Source: Chlorokybus atmophyticus
Lineage: Eukaryota > Plantae > Mesostigma and Chlorokybus algae
Direction: 5' to 3'
Assembly (NCBI GenBank): GCA_009103225.1
Contig: RHPI01001168.1
Location: 604,424 to 668,423 of the forward strand
DNA length: 64,000 nt
Shown: positions 23,163 to 36,100 of the stretch, piece by piece
Layout of the letters: each line of letters starts with the position of its first letter
Numbering within the stretch: position 1 is the first letter of the stretch
Program-made: the position numbers and the translations under genes
The notes under the pieces: model-generated
Databases searched by the model: none
Told to the model about the DNA's origin: nothing
Seen by the model: the letters and a program-made list of their open reading frames with translations, nothing else

Positions 23163-26100
23163 TTACACCAGTGCAGCGAAATCTGGCGTTGTGTGTTCTT
23201 GGTGCTGGTGTTGCCACACCAGATGCGCAAGCTCCCGCACGATATCGATGACGGCATGAGGCCGTCCCATCGAGCGAGCGGCTTCAGACATGCGCTGCAG
23301 CTGCTCCTTTGCGGAACCAAACCACCCTCCCACTATCTCCGCAATGCCCTTGGGATCTTTGCAGAACCGACCAACGCCATGGTTTTCAACATACGGTATG
23401 TTGCCTGCTTCCTGTTGAATAAAAACTAACGCGCATGACTGAAGGCTACGACTGGTAGCCATATGTCAACAGGTAACACAACCAGCTGAACTGGACAGCT
23501 CACCTGTCCTGCAATGGCATCATTGAGAATGAGAGGTAGACCTCGGATGAGGGCCTCTGCAATTGTTCCTGGCCCAGCCTGAACGCACCACAGAGTCAGA
23601 ACCTATCCCTAGCGTCTGCCTGCCCGTCAAGACTTGTGGAATCAAGCTCAACGTCATGCTCACACGCGCATGTGTGTCGGCATGTGTTGAACTTGTGCAC
23701 GCGACAATGCTGTACCTTGGTGACTAAGCAGTCAGCAGCCGCCATCCACTCTGACATGTTGTTAACAAAGCCGTTGACCTGTTATGCACGAGTTACAGTC
23801 AGTACTTACAAACTGGAGCCACTTGAATAATGCAGCCACACGTGGCTACCTGCACAGGGATGGCCCATTTGTGTTTCTTCAGCGTGGCTGCGAGCTGCTT
23901 GTTGCGCCCGCAGATTACAACAAGCTGCCCGATTGGTGCAGACCCTTCAGACAGCTTCTCCGCCAGCGCCTTTGCTGTCGCCTCCACAGGGCCAATGCCC
24001 TCACCGCCACTAGCCAGGAGCACCATGGGCAAGTTGGGTTGAAGCCCAAGTTGACGCCGCATTGTTTCCTACATGCATGTGTGCACGATGAAACTACTGT
24101 CACCAACAACGCTTGCACTCGGAGTTCCAGGCCAAGTATGCTGATAGCTTCTGTACCTTGTCTGACGTTGGCTTGGCAAACACTGGCCTAATTGGCAACC
24201 CAAACAAGCGTATCTGGTGCGGTTTAAGGCCAGCATTAAGTGCTCGTCGCTCAACCTCCTCATTAGGCACACAGCACACACTAACTGCTGTGTGGAACCT
24301 GCCAACACCAATGCAATTCATGTCCATGCACGCAACTGCGTTCATTGCAAGCACGGCACTACCATAGGCTTTACAACTCACTTTCTCGCCATGACCATGC
24401 AACTTGCTTTTCATGCGTCTTGAATCGTGTCACGACTATGTTACAATAACTCTACAAGGCATGCACATTGTGTCAAACATCAGGCAGCAAGCGTACCATG
24501 TGGGGTGGACGGTTGTCAAATCCGTCACTACGGTGGCAAATGGTATCCTCCCATACAGTCCACGCCTTTTCATCACACGAATGGGGACATGCTGCATCAA
24601 AGGATGCACACTGACAATAATGTCAGGTTTGTACTTCTGGAATGCCTCGAAAAACATCCTGCACAATACACCACTGTACGTCAAGCACATGCTGCATCTT
24701 GTCAAGCCTGGCCAGCCATTCGCACGAGAGAATGTGCATTGCCAAGACGCAAGCAAACAGTAACGTGCTTACTTGGCTACAAATGCGGAAACTGCAGTGA
24801 AGTGGGGTTTGTGCACAGTTTGGGGGTAAGAGAAGTAGAAAGCCGCCTTCCACAGCCAGCCATGCTTCACGAGGAAGCTGTAGCTTTTGGGCAGTTGATT
24901 GAATGGGTACGGGGTGTGGTGCGTCCATATGTCCACAACGGACACCTGTCGCATATGTTACTATCAGCTAGCTGTATTGCAATGCACCTCATCACAGGGC
25001 CAATACTCCACATAGACTCAATTGCATGCCCACACGTTTACAAGCGACATATCAGTACATAAAGTATTACCCAACATGGAGCACATTGGTTCACACCTCA
25101 AATTGGTCTGGGAATTCTTGTTCAAAGGCCATCTTGAGTGCTTCAGCACTGGCACGATGACCGCCTCCAGTGTCGCTCATGAGTATCATCACCTTCTTTT
25201 TCTCATCTTTGGTCTTTGCAACTGGCTGCACCTGCAACCCAAGTCATGCATATTAGCCTTGCCCGTAGACTGGCAGATTATCATCTTATCATAAGCAAGA
25301 CGATTAGCTGTTGCAGTTGTCATGACCTTGCATCACAAAACCAACGGATGTGACAATCCTGACACAATTGCTGGCGAGACACACCAGCTGCATCTAAGAC
25401 AACTCAACTGTGTATGCTAGCATGACTTTTGCTACTTAACTCTGCTGCCAACCTGCAACGTGTAAGTTCTGGTAAAGTGTAGTGACATCGGCATATAGTG
25501 GAGTAATGCACATGTGGCCAATGTCCCTGCTGCGTGTTACCTCAGCGAAGTCGGGAGCATCGGGGTCACGCTGAACAGAGGCAGGGTCGGCCGAAGGCGC
25601 TGCGCCAGCTGGATCTGATGAAAAGTTGTTGGGGTGCCTTCGCCTGCCTGTCATGCGCGGCATGCGCCATTGAAAACCGCTGCTGCCTGCTACATCGCCA
25701 GTACTAGCGGAGCACCGGGTCGCGCACTGGCGGTAGTACCCGCTTGCCCGCCTCCTCCTGCTACCCACCACCAAAAACCTCTCCGCTTTTGCCGGCCCCG
25801 CTGCAGCAACGTACCTGCAGTTGTTGACATTCACACCTCAGCACTGCCTATGACCTTCGCATGTGTATTCAGCTGTCAGTTCTGCTGTGCGCATTCATGT
25901 GTTAGAGAACCTGAAGAACCTGAAAAACAATGCTCCATGGCCACTGGCCACTGGCCACAGCACGTAAGAAAGTGAATGATACACGCTTAAAGTGCTTGTT
26001 AAAAGCGAAGTGACGTGCATTCTGTGACAGTACGTGCATTGCAACATTTACCAGCAAACGTTCTGCTGTTGAAAGCTGCTGCTATGCAAGGGGCATGCCT

Positions 26101-26265
26101 GAGCCGTGGGATGAAGCACAGTGCTCTATTGGAAATGCTGGCGGGCGCGGATGAGACTCTGGCGGAGGAGAGCGACAAAGGCGCAGCTGCCAGCTCCGTC
26201 CTCCTGGTCGCCAATGCCGTGGTTGAGCTCCTCCCGCCACCCTCGGCGGCCAACGACGACGTCAT
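23163..26265 (-). CDS. MGD1: Monogalactosyldiacylglycerol synthase
   Basis: [103 protein letters not shown]. Introns traced in phase; transit-peptide-like N-terminus from ATG 26265. Confidence 0.95.
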
Positions 26266-26424
26266 GCCCAAACCGTCCACTGCTCCAACATGTGCTCCTC
26301 CAGCACTAAGCTACGACCTTGCCATTTAATCCGCACACGCCAGCCAGTTAACTCCAGCCCCGCAGCGCCAAAGGCGACACCGACAACAACGACACCTCCG
26401 CCGCGGCTGCCGCCGACGACAAGC

Positions 26425-26549
26425 AGCGCTATGCCATGCTCAACACCGATTGCAACACTAGGGCAATAACGTTATCAGTTGGTGGAGCGCTATGCCATGT
26501 TCAACACCGACCGCAACGCTAGAGCAATAACGTTATCAGTTGGTGGAGC
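26425..26549. repeat. 61-bp tandem duplication in the MGD1/DUF760 intergenic region
   Basis: Copies start at 26425 and 26486; each contains the palindrome ATAACGTTAT. Confidence 0.85.
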
Positions 26550-27421
26550 TGTTTGACGGTGTCGTTGGCAGTCAGTCAAGCGGCCCGACGGAAGGGGATC
26601 AGTCTGGGTGTGTCGATGTCGGCGGCGGCTGACTTGTCGTCTTGCGTCGATGTGGACAAGCGCGGATGAATTTTGCAAAGACTAGTTGTGTCGACGTCAA
26701 TGCTGTGTGATAGCCCATGTTAGGGTTTGCCTTGCTTTCCCGCCGGCATTTTCCCGCTGGCGGCCATTTCCTGCCTGTAACCATCTCGAGGCCGCGGCGG
26801 AACGGGCTGTATAATTTTCAACTTCATACAACGCCCCATCCGGGCCCAAACGGCTTCACAAGGGACTCGCGTCGACGTCAACGAGCACGGACCAAACACT
26901 CTGTGCCCACGTCGCCGTCGACTCACCCGACTGCCCACGCGACGGTATCGACACAAGAAATTCGTCGCCAGTGCACGTCGACACGGACAACGACAAATGA
27001 GCCCATGGAAGCTGCTCGGGTCGCTTGGCTGTTGGTAGCGCCTGTGCGTTATTGAGCGTATGCGGACTACCTAGCACGGTAGTTAGTTGCTGAGGTCGCC
27101 TGCGTCAAAGCGTCTCTCAGCTGCGCTCTCATTGGCCGCCTTTTACGCGGATAACAGTATATCTGTAAGCAGGGTGATATCGTCGCTCGCGCGCGGGGCG
27201 GAGGGCGATCGGCCGCCACATCAGCAAGCCCAACTCAACGCTGCACCGAGTGAGCTGACCGAGGCGATATCAGCGTTGGATGCGGATATCAATGTTTCAA
27301 CTGGTGGCTGCGGGCGACTTGGTCGCACTTGGCACAAGCGAATCGCACAAGTCATGGGGTAAGGGCATTAGGGCTTGTGGACGTGGTACGTTGTGGGCGC
27401 ATAGGATTTGTGGTGGCAATC

Positions 27422-27422
27422 A

Positions 27423-27456
<34 letters not shown>

Positions 27457-29714
27457 CACCGTGTGCGTGCCTGCCCGGTCGTCCGAGAGGGTAGTCAGCA
27501 GGTTTGCCCCTGAGCCCGTCGCCGCCGCGGCACAGAGCAGTTTGTCGAGCAGAGTTTGCCTGCCATCCAGGCCGCAAGCTCAACGCCTGCGCTTCAGGAG
27601 AAGGAGATCGCCGCGAGCCGCAGCTGCTGAAGGGAACGGCAAGCCAGAGAACTCAAATGGAGATTCCGCTCAGGAGAACGACCCTGTAAGTGGCATGCTG
27701 TTCTGGTTCTTGGTGGTGCATTACGCAATTGTGCATTCTACCTACCGTTTCGTGCATGGTTGCTATTGGGGTTGGAAATCCCTGAAGTTCTCTATGCCTA
27801 CACCTCTCCATTGAGTGACTTCGAGTCGTCTGCTGTAGCCAACTACTGTCGGCCATGCTTCATGCTGTATGCAACCGCACTGCACTTGCACAATTACTAT
27901 CAGCTCTTGTAGAACTGTTATCCCGCAATCAAGCCGTGCACTGGTACTACTTCCTTGCCACGTAGTGCAAGTGCATTCGGCATCAGGCTCGCATGTATAG
28001 TAACATGCAAGCGTGCAGTGCCAAACAGCAGACCACTGTGTGTTGTGGATTCCGTGCGTGTTTCCGGTATGTATCGTCACTGTGCTTGAGGGTCTGTTGT
28101 GTGCTTGCGTGCACAACCGTGAACCAGTACTTGCCAACCATACATTTGGCAAGAGTCGCAGATGGCAACATGGGCTGCTGGAGCCTTCCAGCCATATCAG
28201 CCGTTGGAGGTTATTGCTTTTACTTATGCTTTTATGTAAACAGCTCCAACAGCGACGAGAGATCCTGCTCGATTATGTGAAGACAGTGCAGCCTGATTTA
28301 TTAGAAGCCTTCAGCAAGCGCGCCCCTCAAACTGTACGCTGGGGTTTCAGATGTGCATGAGGCTTTTATTGGTACTACTTGCTAGAGGCCTCACGGGCTT
28401 GTTCACATGATAGGTCGTGGATGCTATGCGACAAACAGTCTCCAATATGATTGGATCATTGCCCCCAAGGTTTTTTGAAGTCACCGTCACCACGGTGAGC
28501 ACCTGCATTAAATCTTTGCAGCTGTATGGTGGTGTATACCCATACGGACACGGACACCACTGTGTAGCATGAGCAAACAGCTCATGCCAGGCTTTTAATG
28601 AGGGCTGGTTGCTTGCTGCAGGTGGCAGAGAATCTGGCCCAACTGATGTACAGTGTTCTCATGACTGGCTACATGTTTAGAAATGCACAGTACCGCATGG
28701 AGCTTCGCCAGTCCCTGGCTTTGCTACCAGCGCCGGGTGACGCCGTTCCATCAGTAAGTTGATCTGTTGCATGTCATGTCTGTATGAGATGTGATGCCTC
28801 CATCTCTGCAAGTGGAACTTCTGATGTTGAGCAAGACCAATCTTTCTTTACCAGTGCAGTGTTGGCTATGCACTGCGTACAGTGTGTGCTCTTGGCTGTG
28901 TAGATACAAAAATTAGAGCACAAGCTGCACTGGGTTGTGTAGTGTTGATAGTTCTCTCCTGTTAGGAGCTGGAGGTGGTACCCAAGTACGCGCCAGGCTC
29001 TCAAAAGCGCGTGCAAGGGGAGGTCTTGAGGTGGAGCATCACCGATGATAAGGTGGAGAGCATGGGTGCGAGGGATTACATAGATATGCTTGAGAGCGAG
29101 GTGGCCGCCCTGCAAGCGCAGCTGGAGGCAGCACGCAAGGAGCAGACGGGAGACAACCCGCTGCTCTCTTACCTCAAGAGGCTTGAACCCAAGAACTTGC
29201 AGGAGCTTACGACAAGCGCTGGCCCTGATGTGTTGGAAGCCATGAACTCTTTCATCAAGAGGCTGTTGAACGTGAATGACACATCAGACTTGAAGGTGAT
29301 CTCGTTTGCATGTATGTCCTTGCCAAGTGAGAGGATTGGATTGTTAACTGTAGTTCTTGCTGCCATCAGAGCGCAATTTCCTCGTCGTCCGCAGCTGAGA
29401 TGGCGCAGCTGGTGTACTGGCTGCTTGTAGTTGGCTACAACGTCCGCACCCTTGAGGTGAGTTCTTGAATTACACGGCCATCGTGCAAATAGGTAGTTGG
29501 GAGCAGATGGTGGTGCAGTTGGTTGATACTGATATATATTATAGCTTCAACCCAGTCTTGCACTCGTTGCAGTGTGCTTCACTTCCCGAGCATCATGTCA
29601 ACCAATGACACTTGTATCTCACAGGTTCGGCTGGACATGGAGAGCAAGCTTGGCCTTCCCATGCCAGCATCTCGGCAATTCATGGAACTACCTCCTGGTG
29701 ACGGTTTAAACTAA
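27422..29714 (+). CDS. Plastid-targeted DUF760-family protein
   Basis: Seven in-phase exons: poly-Ala transit peptide, LLDYVKTVQPDLLEAF..VVDAMRQTVSNMIGSLPP..AENLAQLMYSVLMTGYMFRNAQYRMEL, a second repeat NPLLSYLKRLEPKNLQELT..YWLLVVGYNVRTLEVR, and stop TAA at 29712-29714. Confidence 0.88.
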
Positions 29715-30383
29715 GCTTGAACTGAACGCTGTGTAGGTAGCGCAGCTAGTTGTGTTGCTGCTAGTCAAGCAGCGCTTGCAACCGCCATCTTGCTGTTGTA
29801 GACCAACACTCTCTTGTGCGCAGAAGCATGGGTGTTCAACTCATGGCGCGACTTCATTGGGGTGTAGTATCAGTGGATTGTCGCTGGCGAGTGTGTTTGT
29901 GCTGAAGTGCAAGGTGCCCACTCTTCAACCCGTGCCAGCATCTGACCATCCGCGTTGCAGCTACGGCTAGTGTTAGATCGTGTTATTATTGTCTGTTAGT
30001 AGCTTAGATGTGCGTCCAGTTTGTAAACCTCCTCTGGTACATAGTCTTTTGCGAAGTGGATAGCCTGTATTTTGAGTGTCAGTACACAGTATAGCTGTGC
30101 TACCCAGTACACACACTGTATACATGCACCCATGGTGTGCCGAACAGGACAGTCAAGGCGATACTGGGCTGGGTGACCTGCACATTTGGACTGATTGTGC
30201 ATCAGTCTGGCAACAGTTTAGATTACCATAAGCGAGCAAAAACTGTGGTTATTACCGAACAGTTGAGATCTGTGTGATGCAATGGTGTACATGTTGCACA
30301 GTAACATCATGATAGTCGCCACATACAAATTGTCAGCACATGTACTGTATGTGGCAGTAACGGTAATTCAATACCATTGGCAT

Positions 30384-31326
30384 TCACTTCGCAAGCTTGC
30401 ATTTCTTGAAGTACTGCTGAACACGAGACTTGCGTGCAGGAGCGGTGGCAATGCAGGTGGGGAAGTCCTCAGGCTGCTCGGTCCACAGCTTGTGCGCGAC
30501 AGCCCCGGCCTCCAGCTCCTCCCCCAGCGCCCTCAACTGTACCTCCCCCTTCACCTCAAGCACCACCTTGCGCATGTGGTCCAGGTGACCCGCCTCGCAG
30601 TATGCCTGCACGGCGGTAAGTGAGTTCTGCATCCATGAGAGACACAATGACAGCAGCAAGGCCTACCAATGTGTCCGGGTGGTCTCGGGCAAGCCACAGG
30701 GCCGCGACGGAGGCGTGACAGGCCTGCGCGACAACGCTCCCTAGGGGCCAGTTGAGACCGTCCTTGCTGCTGAGGTCCTTGCGCAGCACCACGTACTGGA
30801 CCAGCGGGTCCGAGTCCTCGCTGTTGTTGGTGTCCTGACCGCTGTAGTACAGCGGGTCAGTGAATGAGACATTCGCGCATGCACACGCGCGTTTTGAAAC
30901 GTAACGTAAGATGACAGAATCTTCTGTATAACGTGCTCTTGTTCAAGATTAATCTACTCTCAACAAGTCAGCCATCTGCATCGCAGACAAGTGTGCATTG
31001 CCGCTGGTGCATAATAGGAACGGGCTGGACGACGCATCATGTATTCATCTGAACGGTGCCACTCATGCGCATAGCATGCATTGTGTACAAGGTCGTCAGA
31101 TATGCGTGATATATACATGCCTCGTGGCAGGTGCATCCGATGGCGCCGCCGCTGCCGGCTGCATGTCGTCCATGCGATGTGTGCCCTGCAGCTTGAGGCC
31201 TTTGGCGAAGCTCCAGGCCTTGCAGATAGGAGGAAACCGAGCCTGCAACGACCGCCGCCTCGCCGCCACCTCCGCCAACGGCCTCACCGCTGCCACGGTG
31301 GCGGCGGCGACGGCGGCGACATGCAT
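30384..31326 (-). CDS. PTRHD1: Peptidyl-tRNA hydrolase PTH2-family protein (PTRHD1-like)
   Basis: [62 protein letters not shown]. Three exons with an N-terminal targeting-like extension. Confidence 0.9.
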
Positions 31327-31544
31327 GAGCGCATGAGAACTGGCTACAGACATACACAAGGCGCATTGTTTACAAGAATGCGGACTGGGTGTAGGCATAC
31401 TGGCGACAGAGTTTCGTTACAAACACTAACCGAGACGCATGAGATATACAACGGATATTAACTCCCCTGGCAACGATATCTACATTTGATCTGGATAAGA
31501 TATTGGCGGTCAATTTTCTCAGTCAACTGACCAAGGCATTGACC

Positions 31545-32512
31545 ATGGCGGCGGCGGCGGCGGTGGTGTTGCCAGCGAGGTCCGTCCCCGGCCCCTCCTC
31601 CTCCCTCTCTTCTAGGACAGCCATCCACGGTCGGACGTCACTGCTGCCGTCCGGAACCAGGCTTCGGGCGTCCAGGCCCGTGAGGGGAGGTGCTGTGGCT
31701 CTGTTTGGCGGCGGCGGCAACAGCGGCGGCGAGGGCGGTGAGAGACTCTCCCTTTACATAAATGAGTCTTGACAATGTGGGCGTGTGGCTGTGTTGCGTC
31801 ACTAAATTACATTCGGGTTGGTGCGTGACGTGTGTCAGTTCAGTCGTAGCCTCAGCTAGGCAAGAGCTACGTTCAACAAACAGTCAAGAAACAAGACAAC
31901 CTGCCTGAGTTCTTAGGCTGCTGCTTGTTATTTTTCGTACTTGGTGACGCGAGGCCCTCAATCACTTGATGTTATCGTTGATAGGTGTTGATCTCAGGTT
32001 TTGTAATGTGTGTTTCGTATGCGTCAACAATCCGACATGCAATGGCCACATATTGGGTTGTGGTGTTAGCTTTGGGCGCATCTGCTCAATCGCGAGTCAA
32101 CATGTGGGTGCGATGTTGCTTGCAGGCGAGGCACCCAAGAAGAAGGGGTTGAAGCGTGAGGAAGAACCCGACCAGTAAGCACAGCAGCCAACACATGCGC
32201 AGACTGCTTTTTCCCAATTTCCCATGCACCTGCGCACAGCATTTTGCAAGCTCTCTCTTGTGACTGCCGTGCGTTGGGATGGCGCTTTTCGCGCCACGTA
32301 CATGTTGCTTTGCTCCAGTAAAGCATTGGCATTGCAGCTGACAACCATTGACAACAATCCTAACTAACTGCAGGTTCTGGCGTTCTGAGGGTGAGGCTTC
32401 AGGCAAGAACCCCCTTGCGGACCCGCTGGCCCTTGTTGGCATCCTATCCATCTTTGCGCCATTCATCATCCTCGGCGTGTGTTTCCAGGCGGGCCTCGTT
32501 AGGCTGCCATGA
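31545..32512 (+). CDS. Small plastid-targeted single-pass membrane protein
   Basis: Three in-phase exons: transit-like MAAAAAVVLPARS.., then KKKGLKREEEPDQFWRSEGEASGKNPLADP, then a hydrophobic helix LALVGILSIFAPFIILGVCF. It resembles a conserved small plant plastid protein family I cannot name. Confidence 0.75.
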
Positions 32513-32886
32513 GCGGTTTGAAAGCCACTTATTTGGCCACAACCAAGAGGTGTCATCAGTAGCAGTAGTTACTCAGCTTTTGCCGATATCGGTTGTTGTA
32601 TGCATTCAGTTCTTGTTATCGGTATGCACTACCCTTGTTAACTGTATCTTGCCGTATTACTAGTATACAGCAGTATCCTCGGTTTCCTAAATCACGCCGA
32701 GTGTCAGCTGCCGAAGTGCGTTCATCATGGCTACGCATGTACATAGAATGCCATCCATGAATGTGTGCACACGCATCCAAGAGTGTTGCAATCTGCGGTC
32801 TGCATATGCATCCCGATCAATGTGATCGGCATGACCAGAGACTGCATCACTGCATGCGGCATTGGTTGCTGCGCTCGTGAGTACAG

Positions 32887-33063
32887 TAAAACAGGTATGG
32901 CGGGGCTGATATCTGGCTTTGCTGGAGCCCAAGCAATACCCCGCACTGCCACACAGCCATGTCACCCAAACTGCGAGTTCAATAAAACAGGTATGGCGGG
33001 ACTGATAGCTGGCTTTGCTGGAGCACACGTAATACCCCACACGGCCACACACCCATGACAACC
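32887..33063. repeat. Imperfect 96-bp tandem duplication downstream of XPG
   Basis: TAAAACAGGTATGGCGGG..CTGGCTTTGCTGGAGC.. at 32887 and 32983. Confidence 0.75.
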
Positions 33064-33128
33064 AAACGAACCAGAACAACCTCAACACCACTCCAATAAC
33101 ATACCAAAGCGTGCTGTCACACGTCACA

Positions 33129-36100
33129 TTAGGTTGAAGACTGTTTTCGTCGCTTAAGTGTGGGCATGCCGCGCAATCTGCCTAACACCAGTGGCCCTTC
33201 AAACTCTTCCACAGGGTCACCGCTTACCGGGGGGCCAGACCCCTCTGTGGAGGCTTGCAGGAGGGACGAACCCAGCACAGGAGCTGAAACTGCTTCACTC
33301 ATGGGAGTGAGTGCCAACGCGCCGTTGGAGTGCTGTTCAGGTAGCTGTGCTTGTGGTAAGAAAGGAGAAGGGCTCAATGGCGGTGCAGCAGGTGCTGCTG
33401 AAGGCACAACCGCTAATGTTGTATCAACGCCTTCCGTACGCTGTGCTGTCCAGGGGCTCTCATGCAACCCGCCACTGCCGGGCGACAACTGTGGGATCTG
33501 CGCTTGAGGTGATGTGGCCATGCGCGTATCGTGTCTGCCGCCGTTTGCTTTCGCCCACTTAGCAAATGGGTCCGCCGTGCGACGCTTCCTGGCTTGCTTC
33601 TGTACTGCTCGATCTTCCTCAGCCGTGACAAACCCGCCCCCACCAGCATTAATACCCCCTGTGGGTGTGGGTATTGTTGGCGACGCGGGCATAGGTGGTG
33701 AACCCGCAAGTGTTGGTGGAGCAATACGTGCAGTGTCGGCGAGTGCCAACTGTTGGGCGGGGGCTTTGCTGAGACTGTCGCGTCGCTGTGAGGGCAAGCT
33801 TGCCTGATCGGCCTCACCCTCCTTGTCACTACCGCTCTCCACATAGTGTACTTTGCGCGTTGTGCGTGTGGACTGCATCAGACAGACACGCGTGTCAGTC
33901 ACACGTGCACAAACTGCCAACTGGCTCGCATGACACACATACAAGTAGGCCCCAGGCTCCTTACCCTGCGGGCTGGCATGGGTTGGGGTGCGCTCGCAGG
34001 CCGACGCTCAGCTTCGCTATCAGTCAAGCCGCTCAGCAGGTGCGGACTGTCCTCTTTTGCAGCATTGGCACTGCGTGGCCGCCCTTTCGCAACAGTCTTA
34101 CGACCTTTGCCTTTGTGGGTGGCCACAGCATCTTTGACAAGAGGAAGATCTGCTGGTAAGGTGTCCTGTGTGGCAGGCAGAAGTGCTTTTGGTGCGGCTT
34201 TTGCTTTGCTGGGGCTGTGCATCAGAGGGTTCTCCTCGTGCTCCTGGAAAGAAGTGTAGAAGTGTTACATGGGTTGAGAATATTCAACAAGAAGGGGAAG
34301 GGCAGAGGAGATTGCAATGAACACACCGTCAACGAGAGGTTGGCGGCGTTGCGAGCATTGGTTGCATGAGCCAGCGCCTTCTGTATGCGCTTGCTGCATG
34401 CAAGCAGAGTTGAGGAGTAGTTAAGGAGTACCCACAGAGTTCTTACGCAACGGGTTGCAACTTGTGCATGAAGCGACTGATGCTGCGAGGTGCAAGGCAT
34501 GTGCTCTCTGCAACTAATCAAGCTCTCCGCTGTCATACCTGCGAACCTTTGCAAAGCGCTGTGTGAATCCGAAAAAATGCTCCATGCGCAGCTGAGTCTC
34601 TCTCGCATCATAAGCCTTCAGGACTGGTATCAGCACCTCATCTGCTTTGGCGTCCTGCCAGCCGAACTTGTTGCGACAGAGTTGGCGCAACACGTCCAAA
34701 TCTGGACGGCCCCATGAGAAAGACTCCTTGGAGTCGTCTACCTGCAGCCACACGTTTACACCTACTAGTGGCATGAAGACAAGCACCACACGAACCTTTG
34801 TGCAACACAGTATCAATTCAAAACTGCAGAACAAGATGAGACCTGTGGTGTGCGATATGCTTCCACGACATTGGGTGACGGAAACAAGGCAGGGAGCTCC
34901 CAGTTCTTGCGTGCCCCCTTGTGTTTGTGCTTAAAGATGCGCTGCAAACACGCAAGGTGCTGTACATCCGACAAGTTGCCTCCACCATTGTCTGGTCACG
35001 AGTACAAGCAAATAATCATGTTGCTGGCTGCGAAGAACATAAAGGCCAGAAAAGCAACAGCGGTACGATTACGCTTACAAGCTTACTAATACTTTCTTAC
35101 ATTTACATCAGTCAGTACTGACCATGTGTCTCTTCAGCCACTGCCGGTGGGTCCAATAATGTCATGTCTGGGGCTTTGACCCAATCTGCATACTTCCTTA
35201 GGCCTTCTATTCCAGGGAATGCGCTTATTGTCTCCATGGCATTTACGATACCAACACCGCTTACACCCTCCGTGTAGTCACTGCAAACAGGCTACCAATA
35301 TGCAAGCACATGCAACTGAATCATGAGCAACCGTGACTCGAGCTAGTACCTGCCAAGCAGAAGTGCAAGAAAGATCAACTTGTCTCGATCCATACCCAAC
35401 TCCCGCTCCACATCGCTCATCTGGTAGTGCTCCACATACTTCTTCTGGTCGAATATGTTTCGGTAGACAGCTCTTCCCCCGAAAAGGAAGACATCACAGT
35501 CGTCTGTCACAGTGCCTGCCGATTTCACACATCAGCCAAGCAGCATTGCAAGATCGGCAGTCTCAACCCGACTTTACTGTACCATCAACGAGCCCGAGAC
35601 TCTCCAAGGCAGCGCACTGCGCTTCCGCCTCCATTGGTGCAATGACATAAGGCAGCCCAAACATCTGGCGGCCAAAGGTGATTGCGATGTTAGCACTCTT
35701 TGCTGATGTGTTCCACGGACGCGACGCATTGAGTACACCAACCTGCAGTAGCTCCTGGCACTCTGCAAGCATTTCCACAGTAACAGACTCTGCAGCCTTC
35801 TCATCAGTGCGATGCTTGGCCTTCAAGCTGGTGGCCTCGGCTGCAAGCTGCTGCCGCAGCTCCTGGGTGTCAAGCGCCGTATCCCCCGCCAAGTTTTCGT
35901 TCAAGTTCTTCGCCATGTCTCCATTGCCAGTCGCTGCAATGTCGGACTCGCCCATGTCCTCCACGACCCCAGCAGGCATGTTTTGATTTTGGCTAATGGG
36001 CTTGGGTGTTGCATATTTGTCGGGCAGTTGGTAAAAAGGTTGTTCTAAAGTTGTGTTCTGATCATGAATAAGTTTGGCTTTGCCTTTCCTCCTGTAGTCG

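Noticed and set aside
27087-27362. Upstream ORF before DUF760
   Set aside because: Non-ATG start, no homology recognised, and it sits in a promoter/5'-UTR position.
35490-35512. Inactive XPG because of TDDCD instead of TDDSD
   Set aside because: The acidic catalytic residues are retained, and Ser to Cys is a conservative change.
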